Source: Dehalococcoidia bacterium
GTDB lineage: Bacteria; Chloroflexota; Dehalococcoidia; UBA2979
Length of the DNA stretch: 64,000 bases
Direction of reading: 5' to 3'
Assembly (NCBI GenBank): GCA_034406555.1
Contig: DASCRM010000077.1
Coordinates: forward strand, 10,911 to 74,910
How positions within the stretch are numbered: the stretch's first letter is position 1; every line of letters begins with the position of its first letter. Shown piece after piece: positions 51,787 through 61,715 of the stretch. A program made the translations under genes and the position numbers. Under the pieces are notes generated by a model that was given only the letters and a program-made list of their open reading frames with translations, was not told where the DNA came from and searched no databases.

Positions 51787-52134
51787 GCTTGATCAGGCTA
51801 CCGGTTCTGCCCGTCAATGGGAAAAGCAGGTGTACGTCGCCGCCGCGCCGCAGCCCTCGGCCGGGCCTCTCGCACGGCCTGTCAGGCAGCGGTAAGGAAG
51901 CCCTCCGGTCGGCGTCAAGTCGACAACAGATGAATGCACGATCCGACGAGGCGGCGGGCCGAACGCGGTCACGGGGCCGGATTTCGAATGGAGCGCGAAG
52001 CTGTCACGGGATTGCGCGTTAACCCCACGGCCCGTTCCTCGTTATGACTATTGCGGTGGAACTTGGTGAGAGGCGTTTTTCGACAGATCCCAACATGCGG
52101 CTATACTCACGTGTAGCGGCGGCCGGAGCTTCGA

Positions 52135-52857
52135 TTGGCCAATCACCTACCTTCTCGGGACGACCCACTCAGGGAAAGCCCAAAACAGGATCTCCCCTCG
52201 GAGAACGTCTCATCGCAGACGGTTCCTTCGCGAGCCTTGCCTCTGAACGCGGAACGCAACCTTGTGGAGCGTGCCTCGGCCGGAGAACAGAAAGCGATGG
52301 GCGACCTCTACGACGCTTACCTCACGCGCGTATACAGATTCTGCCTGGCGCGGGTAAGCAACGAAGCGGACGCCGAAGACTTGGCGGAAGAGATCTTCCT
52401 CAAGGTCATTGGAGCGATCAGTGGGTTCGAGTGGCGACCGATCGGCAAGCCGGAAGACGGGCGCAGCCCCTTTGCTGCGTGGCTCTTCCGCATTGCCCGC
52501 AACCACGTCGTCTCATTCCATCGCAAGGCTGCAACGCGTGGACCGTCATCGGAACTCTTCGATTCGATCCGCGATGAACGTCGCGGTCCTCAGGAGCTAA
52601 CAGAGACCAAGATCACGATCGAGGAGGTGTTCGAGACCGTCCGGGAACTCCCAGAAGCACAGCGCGAGGTGATCCTCCTCCGCTTCGCCGCCGGCCTGAC
52701 CGTCGCGGAGACAGCGGAAGCGCTGGGCAAGCAGCAGACCAACGTCAAGGTGCTGCAGCACAAGGGAGTCCAGAAGCTCAAGAAGCTGCTGGTCGAGAAT
52801 CCCGAACTGGCCGAACCAAAGCTGGTCGCCGAACTGGGACGCAGGACGACGACATGA
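52135..52857 (+). CDS. ECF-type RNA polymerase sigma-70 factor
   Basis: Region 2 'DLAEEIFLKVIGAI', region 4 'AEALGKQQTNVKVLQHKGVQKLKKLL'. The start is probably ~52200. Confidence 0.8.
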   Translation: MANHLPSRDDPLRESPKQDLPSENVSSQTVPSRALPLNAERNLVERASAGEQKAMGDLYDAYLTRVYRFCLARVSNEADAEDLAEEIFLKVIGAISGFEWRPIGKPEDGRSPFAAWLFRIARNHVVSFHRKAATRGPSSELFDSIRDERRGPQELTETKITIEEVFETVRELPEAQREVILLRFAAGLTVAETAEALGKQQTNVKVLQHKGVQKLKKLLVENPELAEPKLVAELGRRTTT

Positions 52858-53786
52858 GCGAGCAGATGGACGAGAAGGGGCAAGACGAGAGCGTGCAAAA
52901 CGAGACTGTCAGCGACGGCATCATGAGTGAACTCCACCGCGAGGAGGAGTTTGCCGCCGAGCGATTCGCTTCCGCGATGAAGTCCGCCGAACGCGGCCAC
53001 CCGCTGGATCAGCGCGACCTCGAAGACCCCGACCTGGCGCCGATGGTGCGCACCGCTGGCCTGCTCCACAGCACGTGGAACTCGGTCACCCCCGACCTCG
53101 ACTACTTCTCCCGCACCCGCTCCACCATCCTCGCGGCAATGCCGCAGCCGACCGAAGAGCCGGCCACCCCGATCTCGCTGATTGACCGTCTGTGGCGATC
53201 GCCGGCCTTTGCGCCGATCGCGTCCGCGGCCGCAGCCGGAATGGCAGCGGTGTTCATCACCTTGCAGTTCGTCGGCGGTGGCGCGGCCACCGTCGCCCCG
53301 CTGGCCGCGGATGTCGTACCGGCGTCCAGCACCGAGTCAACGCCGAGCGTAGCCGCCATCCAGTTCCCGCCAGGGATCGCCCCCGACGGGCCGCCCCACA
53401 TCGCCTCGCTCAATGCACAGCCGCACGAGAACGTGCTCGCTGAGTCCGACCCCATGCTGAACATCACCAAGGCGCTCGACCGTCTCGTCACGAACATCGG
53501 CGTGCTCGGCCTGCGCGCACAGCTGCGCGCACCAATCAGCGCTGGACTGCTGCACTCGATCTCGGAAGACCTCGCCGGCGTCACCGAGCGCGTCAATGAG
53601 GAACCAGAGTCGGTCGAGCGAGCAGACGTGATCGTCTTCTCGCAGCAGGCTGTCGATGGTGTGACGATCATGAAGGAGCTGCTGGTCGAGGGTGAGGTCA
53701 GCGGCGCCCTGGCGGCCGCACGAATCACGGCCGAACTCGGACGTTCGACGGCCGCACTCTACTTCTTCAACAACCCACCGAGGTAG
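52854..53786 (+). CDS. Putative anti-sigma factor (single-pass membrane protein)
   Basis: ATGA overlap with the sigma-factor stop. A central TM segment 'FAPIASAAAAGMAAVFITLQFV' is present, with no known domain. Confidence 0.5.
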   Translation: MSEQMDEKGQDESVQNETVSDGIMSELHREEEFAAERFASAMKSAERGHPLDQRDLEDPDLAPMVRTAGLLHSTWNSVTPDLDYFSRTRSTILAAMPQPTEEPATPISLIDRLWRSPAFAPIASAAAAGMAAVFITLQFVGGGAATVAPLAADVVPASSTESTPSVAAIQFPPGIAPDGPPHIASLNAQPHENVLAESDPMLNITKALDRLVTNIGVLGLRAQLRAPISAGLLHSISEDLAGVTERVNEEPESVERADVIVFSQQAVDGVTIMKELLVEGEVSGALAAARITAELGRSTAALYFFNNPPR

Positions 53787-53812
53787 TTCCCCAGCCTCGA
53801 CCACGGACCTGA

Positions 53813-55663
53813 CTACGGGACGATCGCAGTACCGACGGCGAGCGCGTCCGCGAGCGGTGCGGCCAGCTGCGCGAACAACACGTCGCCGTTTCTCGCAACC
53901 TCAAAGCTGTTGACGAAGGTCGGCGCCCCAACGACGTAGACATCCCATCGCTGCTCATCCACATCGAACCGGAACCAGGTCGTGGGCTCCAGCTGACCCG
54001 TCAGCAAATGCGCGAAGCGCAACGGGTAGCCGTCCGGTCCGACGTACACGACCGACGCGATCCCGCCGGCCGACGGTAGTGCACCGATCACCCGCGCCTC
54101 GTCCGCTCCCGCCGGCAGCAGCAGCCCTAGCCCGGCGAGCGAACCGGCGTTCGCGAGCTGCACCGTCAACATCTCGCTTCCCCTGTCCGACGACACGTCC
54201 GCACGCAGCAGCAGTTGCTGACGTATCTGCGTCGCGCTCGCGGTGGGGAGCGCCTCGATTACGAGCGCGACGACACCCGCTGCATGAGGCGCGGCTGCCG
54301 AGGTACCCACGAAGCTCTCCCCGCCCTGCAGCGTGCCGAGCACACTCGTCGGCGAGGACAGCTCCGGCTTCGCTCGCCCGTCCGTCGTCGGCCCGCGCGA
54401 CGAGAACGCAGAGAGCTCAAACGGGCTGAAGATCGAGACCGCGCCCACGGTGACCACGCCGGGGTGATCCGCGGGCTGGGAGAGCGAACCGCCGGCGACG
54501 AACGTATCAAGTGGGTTGTCACGCCCCGGCGAGCCGATGAAGAGCAGGTCGAGGTCCCGCTGCTGGTCGTCCGACGCCCGGATCAGCCGCACGGAGTAGG
54601 TTCCACTCTCCGTCGCCAGCACCTGCAGCCCCTCGACCGGGTCGCCTGCGCAGTTCTGGATGCCGCGCGACGCCCGGATCAGTGAGCCACTGGGGCCGAA
54701 CAGTTCCAGGTCGTAGTCGGAGCAGGCCGCGCCCCACTCGTCATTCCAGCGCAGCGAGACGATGATCAAGTCACCGGCTTCATACTCGCGGCCGTTCTGC
54801 GAGCTGCCGGAGTCGAACTCATGCACCGAGTCGCTGTCGCTGTCCGTGAACGCCCCGGACCAGTGTTGCCGCGCCCAGTTGCCGGCCGCGACAGCCCAGG
54901 TCGCGCCGCTGGCTACACCGCGCGAGACAATCTGGTCGACCGGCCCGGTGCCGTCGCCGGGGCCGTTATGGATGAAGCCCAGCGAAAACGAGACGACGTC
55001 GAGGCGTTGCTCGACGACGAAGTCGACGACCGCCGAGAGTTCCGTCACCGTCCCGAAACTCAGCAGGTAGATCTCCGCGCGCGGCGCCACGCGGTGCACG
55101 ATCTCCGCAGCGCGCATGCCGTGGTCGATGCCACCCTCGATCACTCCGTCGGCGCGAAAGGAGCGGACGATCAGTCGTTGCGGCAGCGTCGTGCCCAGAC
55201 TCGCCTGATACCCCTCGAAGCCGGTGTCGATCACGGCGACCCGCACACCGTGTCCCGTGAACCCGGCCTGCCTCCAGCGCGTCGCGCCGATCAGATCGAC
55301 TGCGGTCGGGAGCTGAAATGGGATCGCCGTCGCCGCCTGCTCGACGCGCAGCATCGAGTGCGCTGCGGCGACCTCCAAGAGTCGCCCGCTCGGCACGAGC
55401 GCCTGCACGCGGTCGTGCGAGCGCACCTCGATCACCGCGCCGAGCCGCTCGAGGAAGTCCGCGACTACAGACGGATCAACGAGGGTGGTGACCTCCACCC
55501 GCTCGTATGACGCATCGCCGTCTGGTGCGACGGCATCCGTGTCACGCTCCGCCGGGCCAGCCGGCGCGGGCACAGCAGCGAGGGCCGGGGCGAGCCCGTC
55601 GCCCGGGCGCGAGACGAGCAGCAGAGTGAGCAACGCGATCAGTGGCAGTGCGTATCGGGGCAC
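53813..55663 (-). CDS. Secreted S8-family (subtilisin-like) serine peptidase
   Basis: Signal peptide; catalytic triad 'VAVIDTGF', 'IDHGMRAAE', 'GTSAAAPHAAG'. Confidence 0.85.
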   Translation of the reverse strand: MPRYALPLIALLTLLLVSRPGDGLAPALAAVPAPAGPAERDTDAVAPDGDASYERVEVTTLVDPSVVADFLERLGAVIEVRSHDRVQALVPSGRLLEVAAAHSMLRVEQAATAIPFQLPTAVDLIGATRWRQAGFTGHGVRVAVIDTGFEGYQASLGTTLPQRLIVRSFRADGVIEGGIDHGMRAAEIVHRVAPRAEIYLLSFGTVTELSAVVDFVVEQRLDVVSFSLGFIHNGPGDGTGPVDQIVSRGVASGATWAVAAGNWARQHWSGAFTDSDSDSVHEFDSGSSQNGREYEAGDLIIVSLRWNDEWGAACSDYDLELFGPSGSLIRASRGIQNCAGDPVEGLQVLATESGTYSVRLIRASDDQQRDLDLLFIGSPGRDNPLDTFVAGGSLSQPADHPGVVTVGAVSIFSPFELSAFSSRGPTTDGRAKPELSSPTSVLGTLQGGESFVGTSAAAPHAAGVVALVIEALPTASATQIRQQLLLRADVSSDRGSEMLTVQLANAGSLAGLGLLLPAGADEARVIGALPSAGGIASVVYVGPDGYPLRFAHLLTGQLEPTTWFRFDVDEQRWDVYVVGAPTFVNSFEVARNGDVLFAQLAAPLADALAVGTAIVP

Positions 55664-55872
55664 GGTCGGGATTTGCCTCCGTGAGGCGATCCAGCGCCAT
55701 GCCCAGTTCGTCGCTGTGCTCGGCCGGCCGCCGGCGTGGATTGTACCTCAGCGATGTTGCGCGTCAGCGGCCGCTGATCAACAAGATGCTGCGAGGCGGC
55801 GGAGTCGGCTCACGCCTCGCGTGCAGCAGGCGACGCAACAGCGGTACTCTGGCGCGGCTGGAGGAGCGTCGG

Positions 55873-56085
55873 ATGAGCTGGCTGCGTACGAAGATGGGCA
55901 AGAGCGCCTCTACGGGAAACGTCCCCGACGCGGCGACGTGCGACCACGAGGCACTCTCACCTCGATGGCGGGACGCGGCGGCGCTCAGTGAGTCGGGGCA
56001 ACCGATCGGCTATGTCTGCCACCGCTGCCACGCCGAGTTCCTGCCCTACGCCGTGCGCGACGGCTGGCTGATCGAGACTCGCTAA
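55873..56085 (+). CDS. Small hypothetical protein (70 aa) with Cys/His cluster (C-D-H ... C-H-R-C-H)
   Basis: ATG at 55873, downstream of a divergent promoter region. It sits within a longer, spurious ORF. Confidence 0.3.
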   Translation: MSWLRTKMGKSASTGNVPDAATCDHEALSPRWRDAAALSESGQPIGYVCHRCHAEFLPYAVRDGWLIETR

Positions 56086-56147
56086 CCCGACACTCGCGAC
56101 GGCGGCTCCCGCTCGGACGATGCGGCAGACGACCGTATACTCACATC

Positions 56148-56969
56148 ATGACGACAAGCCGACGCGAAGAGGGTCTGATCCGACCGGCGCCTGCCAGCGT
56201 TGAGCACCGTGCGGTGACCTCGGCGGCGCGACTGCTGCTCGGCTCACCGGTCGTGCTCGTCACCACCAGCCTGCGTGGCAAGCACAACGTGATGCCGCTG
56301 GCGTGGTGCGCTCCGCTCTCAAGCGATCCTCCGTTGATCGGCATCGCGATCGAGCAGTCCCGACACACCGCCGAGGTGATCAGTCAGTCGGAGGAGTTCG
56401 CGCTCAACTTCCCCAGCCGCCGGCTGCTGCACCACGTGCAGTACCTGGGTGGGCTGACGGGCGCCGATGTCGACAAGTTCGAGGCGACCCAGCTCGAGAC
56501 GTTCAGCCCCACCCACATCACCGCCCCGCTGATCGAAGGCTGCGTCGCGTGGGTGGAGTGCGAGGTGCAGCAGGTGCTACCGGTCGGCGACCACCTGCTC
56601 TTCGTCGGGCTACCCGTGACGCTGCAGGTCGAACCGGCCTCGTTCGACGATGGCTGGACAACCGTGGGCCCCGAGGAGCTGCGACCGCTGCACTTCCTGG
56701 GCGGCAACCAGTACTCGACCCTCAGCGGCCTGCTGGAGGCCCGACCGCCGAGCGGCAGCGACGCCCCCGAGGCCGTGCTGGCGGAGCGCGTCGAGGAGGA
56801 GCTGGAGCTCACCCGCGAGGCGCAGGAACGCCGCGAGGAGCTGATGGGCGAGCTGGAGCGCGAGGTGGACAAGGGCAACGTGATCGACATCGCGCACGTC
56901 TCGCTCGATGAGTTGCCCGACCTCGAACAGCCGCCGCGCATCGTCGTTCCTGAGCGCGAGGACGAGTAG
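56148..56969 (+). CDS. Flavin reductase (FMN-binding split-barrel, NADH:flavin oxidoreductase) with acidic C-terminal extension
   Basis: 'VVLVTTSLRGKHNVMPLAWCAPLSSDPPLIGIAI', 'EFALNFPS'. Confidence 0.7.
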   Translation: MTTSRREEGLIRPAPASVEHRAVTSAARLLLGSPVVLVTTSLRGKHNVMPLAWCAPLSSDPPLIGIAIEQSRHTAEVISQSEEFALNFPSRRLLHHVQYLGGLTGADVDKFEATQLETFSPTHITAPLIEGCVAWVECEVQQVLPVGDHLLFVGLPVTLQVEPASFDDGWTTVGPEELRPLHFLGGNQYSTLSGLLEARPPSGSDAPEAVLAERVEEELELTREAQERREELMGELEREVDKGNVIDIAHVSLDELPDLEQPPRIVVPEREDE

Positions 56970-57041
56970 GGCTCGGGCGCGCGAATACGAACTCGTGCGA
57001 AATCGGCTACTGAGGTTGAGCGGTACGGCCCGGCAGGGTCG

Positions 57042-59048
57042 CTAGGCGCTCGTCGCCTCTTCGACCTCGGCGAGCTCCTCGGCCGGCTCGGGCGGGGTGA
57101 AGGCCACCGGGGCCGTCGGCCCAGCTCCGCGCAGCCGCTCGTCCGCGAGATCGCTCGCCGCGACCGCCGCAGCGATGTGCTCGTCGTCGTTGCGGAGCGA
57201 GTCGCCCATGTGGTGCAACAGGTCGCCGACCACGCCGGGGTGGGCGCTGCCGTCCTGCACCAGCTCGGCCAGTTCGGCCTCTCGGCCGGAGAGGAATGAG
57301 CGCAGGGTCGTGAACGACTCTGAACGCATCGCGTCCAACATCCGCATCATCACCCTGCGCTGGGCGGCCAGGTTCTGCTCAAACGCATCGATATCGACAT
57401 CGAAGCGTGAGAGCGCGACCTCGATCGTCTCGCGCTGGTCGTCGCCAAAGCCGAGGAACGGGGCGCTCGCATCGTCGATGCGCTGGCGCGTCTCGTCGAT
57501 GCGAGCGCGCTGCTGGGCGAGGGATGTCTGGAACTGCCCGGCAACGAATTCCGACTCGTCACCCGAGAGCTGCTGCTCCAGCGATTGCAGGTTCGCTTCT
57601 TCACTCGCTGGGTACTGGCTGAGCGGCTCCTACTGGTCGTCGAGGTTGACCAGCATGCTCGCCATCGTCTGATCCTGATCCGTGAGCAGCTCGAGGATCG
57701 GAGAGATTTCCTCATCGACCTGTGAGCGCATCTCGTCCAGGAGTTCGGTCTGTGCGCTGAAGTACTGGACCGAGCGCTGAATGCGCTGGGAGTTCGTGTG
57801 TTGCGACGCATCGTCTGCGGTCTCAGGCAGTAGGGGTTCGCTGTCGCTCCGCGAGCGAGAACCAAAGCGCATGAAGACCTCCAGATCGGCCATAATCGGT
57901 CGCCGATTAACCCAAGCATCGGCAGATTGCGCTGCAAGTGAGGGTTTCGCGTGACGGAGGCGTGAACGCTGCAGCACGGTCACCGCCAGCAGGCCCGCCA
58001 GCAAGGCAGCCGCCGAGAGTTGCACCTCGAGTCTTTGCCAGCGCACACCAGACGCCGAGATCAAGCGAGGCCCCGGCACGGGCGCTGGCGACTGCACAGC
58101 CTCGAGGTTGAGCGCGATCGGTGGCGCGAGCGCGTCCGGCACGGAGAGCGACTGGTCGAGTGTGCCCGATTCGCCCGGCGCGGCGAGCGGAGGCGGGAGC
58201 GGCCGGTCGAACTGCTCCGCAAAGACGCCGTAGGCAACGCCTGCGAGATCGTGAATCGCAGTGTATGAGTCGACGATATCGTCGTCCCAGCGCGTGAGCA
58301 GGACAGTCACGTAGTCGCCGCCGGGAGCGAAGACGATGCCCGCGTCGTGCAGGTACTTGGCGACCAGTCCGGTTTTGTGGGCGACGGTCGTGCCCTCAGC
58401 CAGCGAGAGCGGGATCAGGTCGTTGATCTGCTGGTCCGCTAGCAACGCCAGCATCTCGCTGCTGGCCGCCGGGCTGACGATGTCGCCGCGGTACAACGCG
58501 CGGAACACCTCGGCGATGTCAGCAGGCGTGGTGACGTACGCGCCTGACAGCGTCGTGTCTCTCAGGCCGAGCCTCGACGGAACCCGATCCACGGCGTCCG
58601 GTTGCAGTCGGTCATAGAGCGCCAACGCAGAGGCGTTCTGGGAGAAGGTGATCATGAGACGCAGCGCCTCGGCAGCCGGCAGCTCGATCGGCTGGGTCTG
58701 GCGCAAGCTGATCGGGTCGTCGATCCAGTGCTGCTCCTCGATCGTGATCTGCTCGTCGAGCGAGAAGCTGCCCGCGGCGATCTGCTGGTAAGCCTCCGCC
58801 AGCACGAAGAGCTTGTAGAGCGAGGCGGTACGGAAGCTCTCGCTCGCGTTGCCCGTGCAGCTCGTGTCGTCTTCGAGGTCGAGGATGACGAAGCCGACGT
58901 AGGCGCCGGACTCGATCGCTTGCTGCTGAATCGATGAGCAGAGCTGCGCCAGCGGGTGCTGGCTTTCTGCGCGCGCGCTAGAAAGCGTCGCTGCCGACAT
59001 AACGGCAACGATCGTCAGTGTGATCACGAGCCCCGGCATGCGACGCAC
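57042..59048 (-). pseudogene. Class-A beta-lactamase-like serine hydrolase with TM segment and coiled-coil C-terminal domain; reading frame interrupted by one in-frame TAG at 57630-57632
   Basis: SxxK 'RTASLYK', 'FSQNAS', 'HKTG'. ORFs 57630-59048 and 57042-57353 are in the same frame. The 92 codons between them have no stop and no start and read as coherent coiled-coil sequence ('EPLSQYPASEEANLQSLEQQLSGDESEF...'). Confidence 0.65.
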
Positions 59049-59351
59049 AGCAACCCCTGTTCCGGCTGCGCAGCTTCCTCCTATTATTCGAGAGTTAGGG
59101 GCGGCCGGTCAATCACGATCTGTATCCCGGACAGGCGGACGGACCGACGGAAAGCCGCCTGACACTGCCCGACCGAGACGTCAGTTGACACCACGCCGAG
59201 CCGAGGCAATCCTGAACTCGTACCGATCCGCGCTTCTCGGGCCGTAGGTCCGCTGCGGCCAGAATCGGGATGCGATACGATTCAGCGTGAGCGTTCCGGT
59301 CGGCTCAGAAGTAGCCCGCACCGGCCCGTATTGCCGAAACAGGAGCCTTCT

Positions 59352-60581
59352 ATGGACTGGTCAGACTCTGCCGAACAGGCCATTTTCCGCGACGACGTGC
59401 GCAGCTTCATCAAGACTCGTCTGCCTGCCCGCTATCAGAGCGCGGCCGACGGCGCATCGAATGACGCCGAGGAGCTGGTGGGCGGCTGGCAGGCCGACCG
59501 CAAGTCCGACGACGACGGACGACGCGGCACCGCGCAGGAGTGGGCGGACGCGCTGGCCGAGAAGGGCTGGATCGCCCCGCACTGGCCGGAGGAGTACGGC
59601 GGCGCCGGGCTCTCCGTGATGGAGCAGTTTATCTACAACCAGGAGATGTCAGAGGCGGGCGCGCCGTCCGTCGGCGGCATGGGCGTCTCGCTGCTCGGCC
59701 CGACGCTGATCGTGCACGGCAACGAGGAGCAGAAGAAGGAGCACCTCTCACGCGTGCTCTCCGGCGAGGTCGCCTGGGCACAGGGCTACTCCGAGCCCGG
59801 CTCCGGCTCAGACCTCGCGAGCCTCGCTACGCGAGCGACGCGCGATGGCGATGACTACGTGATCAACGGCCAGAAGATCTGGACCTCCGGCGCGCAGTTC
59901 GCCGACTGGCTGTTCGCGCTCGTGCGTACCGACGCTGACGCGCCGAAGCACCGCGGCATCTCCTTCCTGATGATGGACATCAACACCCCGGGCATCACCG
60001 TGCAGCCACTGACCGACATGGGTTGGAACGAGCCCTTCAACGAGACGTTCTTCGAGGACGTGCGCGTCCCTGCCAAGAACCTCGTGGGCGAAGAGAACCG
60101 CGGCTGGTACATCGGCATGACGCTGCTGGACTTCGAGCGCTCCGGCATCGGTGGGGCGATCGGCTACCGCCGCAACCTCAAGCAGCTCCACGAGTACATG
60201 GACACGGATGAGGGTCAGGGGCAGGTGCGTAACGACTTCTCCACGGCCTCGCGGCTGGAGATCGCCGACCGCCACGTGGAGATCGAGATCCTCTTCAACT
60301 TCGCATTCCGCATCGTCTCGATGCAGAACGTCGGAGAGATGCCCAACTACGAGGCGTCGATGAACAAGCTCTTCGGCTCCGAGATTCACCAGCGCACCGC
60401 GCGCACGGGGATGAAGGCGTTCGGCCTCTACGGCAACCTCTGGGAGAGTCAGGACGGGCCGGTCGGGGCGTACTTCACGAAGGATTACATCGGCTCGATC
60501 CCGCACACCATCTTCTCGGGCAGCTCCGAGATTCAACGCAACGTGATCGCCACACGCGGGCTCGGCCTGCCGAGGGGCTAG
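59352..60581 (+). CDS. Acyl-CoA dehydrogenase
   Basis: 'GYSEPGSGSDLASL', 'INGQKIWTSGA', and a C-terminal catalytic region with Glu. ATG at 59352. Confidence 0.85.
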   Translation: MDWSDSAEQAIFRDDVRSFIKTRLPARYQSAADGASNDAEELVGGWQADRKSDDDGRRGTAQEWADALAEKGWIAPHWPEEYGGAGLSVMEQFIYNQEMSEAGAPSVGGMGVSLLGPTLIVHGNEEQKKEHLSRVLSGEVAWAQGYSEPGSGSDLASLATRATRDGDDYVINGQKIWTSGAQFADWLFALVRTDADAPKHRGISFLMMDINTPGITVQPLTDMGWNEPFNETFFEDVRVPAKNLVGEENRGWYIGMTLLDFERSGIGGAIGYRRNLKQLHEYMDTDEGQGQVRNDFSTASRLEIADRHVEIEILFNFAFRIVSMQNVGEMPNYEASMNKLFGSEIHQRTARTGMKAFGLYGNLWESQDGPVGAYFTKDYIGSIPHTIFSGSSEIQRNVIATRGLGLPRG

Positions 60582-60597
60582 TCACTCGCCGCGAACA

Positions 60598-60629
60598 AGA
60601 GAAGAGGCCTCCGTCGGGAGGCCTCTTCT
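60598..60629 (+). terminator. Strong hairpin 'agaagaggcctcc-gtcg-ggaggcctcttct' downstream of the acyl-CoA dehydrogenase gene
   Basis: Perfect 13-bp stem with a 4-nt loop, followed by 'tgtaccc'. Confidence 0.55.
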
Positions 60630-60671
60630 GTACCCTCCGTACACCGCATCTCTCGCATCGGAGCAGCAATC

Positions 60672-61715
60672 ATGCGCATCGCCACCGGCCTCGCAGGCAA
60701 TCACCCGGGCGACTGGGAAGGCGCCGCGACCTTCGCCGCGGAGGCAGAGCGGCTGGGCGTCGCCTCCGTCAGCAGCGCGGAGGCGTGGGGTAGCGACGCG
60801 ATCACGCCGCTGGCCTTCATCGCGGCGCGTACGGCCTCGATCGGTCTGATGACGGGGATCATGCAGGTCGGTGCGCGCACGCCGGCGATGGTGGCGATGA
60901 CCGCGGCCGGGATGCAGAGCGTCTCCGACGGTCGCTTCATCCTCGGCCTGGGCACGAGCGGCCCGCAGGTGATCGAGGGCTGGCATGGCGTCCCCTTCGA
61001 CCGCCCCCTTCAGCGCACCCGCGAGTTGATCGAGGTGGTGAGGCTGGCCGGTAGTGGCGAGCGGTTGGAGTACCACGGGCAGGTCATCGAGCTGCCGCTA
61101 CCGGGCGGACAGGGCAGAGCGATCCGCTCCACGGCAGGCGAGTTCGAGGTGCCGATCTACCTCGCTGCGCTCGGTCCGCGGAACCTTGAGCTGACCGGCG
61201 AGCTCTGCGATGGCTGGATCGGCACCTCCTTCATCCCTGAGACGGCGGATGTCTTCTTCGACCGCATCCGCACCGGCGCGGAGCGGGCGGGCCGCGCGCT
61301 GGACGACATCGACCTGCAGGTGCCGGTCACCGTGGAGTTCGGCGAAGACGTGGACGAGGTCGCGAAGCGGCACGCGCGTGGCTACGCCTTCACGTTCGGC
61401 GCGATGGGCTCGCGCACCGACAACTTCTACCTCAACGCCCTCGCACGGCAGGGCTACGCGGACGAGGGTCGCGAGATCCAGCGCCTCTGGCTCGACGGCA
61501 AGCGCGAGGAGGCGGCGGATCGGGTACCCGTAGAACTCGCACACAAGACGAACCTGCTGGGTACCGACGACCTGATCCTCGACCGCCTGCGCGTCTACCG
61601 GGACGCGGGCGTGAACACGCTGCGAGCCGGCGTACGAGGCGAGTCGGTCGCGGAGCGCATCGCCAACCTCGGACGGCTGATCGACCTCGTCGCGACCGTC
61701 GACGCGGAGCGCTAG
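60672..61715 (+). CDS. LLM-class F420-dependent oxidoreductase
   Basis: 'LGLGTSGPQVIEGWHGVPFDRP', 'IYLAALGPRNLELTGELCDGW'. Confidence 0.8.
   Translation: MRIATGLAGNHPGDWEGAATFAAEAERLGVASVSSAEAWGSDAITPLAFIAARTASIGLMTGIMQVGARTPAMVAMTAAGMQSVSDGRFILGLGTSGPQVIEGWHGVPFDRPLQRTRELIEVVRLAGSGERLEYHGQVIELPLPGGQGRAIRSTAGEFEVPIYLAALGPRNLELTGELCDGWIGTSFIPETADVFFDRIRTGAERAGRALDDIDLQVPVTVEFGEDVDEVAKRHARGYAFTFGAMGSRTDNFYLNALARQGYADEGREIQRLWLDGKREEAADRVPVELAHKTNLLGTDDLILDRLRVYRDAGVNTLRAGVRGESVAERIANLGRLIDLVATVDAER

Noticed and set aside
51790-52135. Possible ECF-type promoter ('GGAAC…CGTT') upstream of the sigma-factor gene
   Set aside because: The spacing between the candidate -35 and -10 elements does not fit 16-17 nt, so this is too weak to call.
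57350-57937. 195-aa minus-strand ORF
   Set aside because: Its Ser/Arg-rich translation lies in an alternative frame across the coiled-coil region of the beta-lactamase-like gene. The genuine coding frame is the one shared by ORFs 57630-59048 and 57042-57353.
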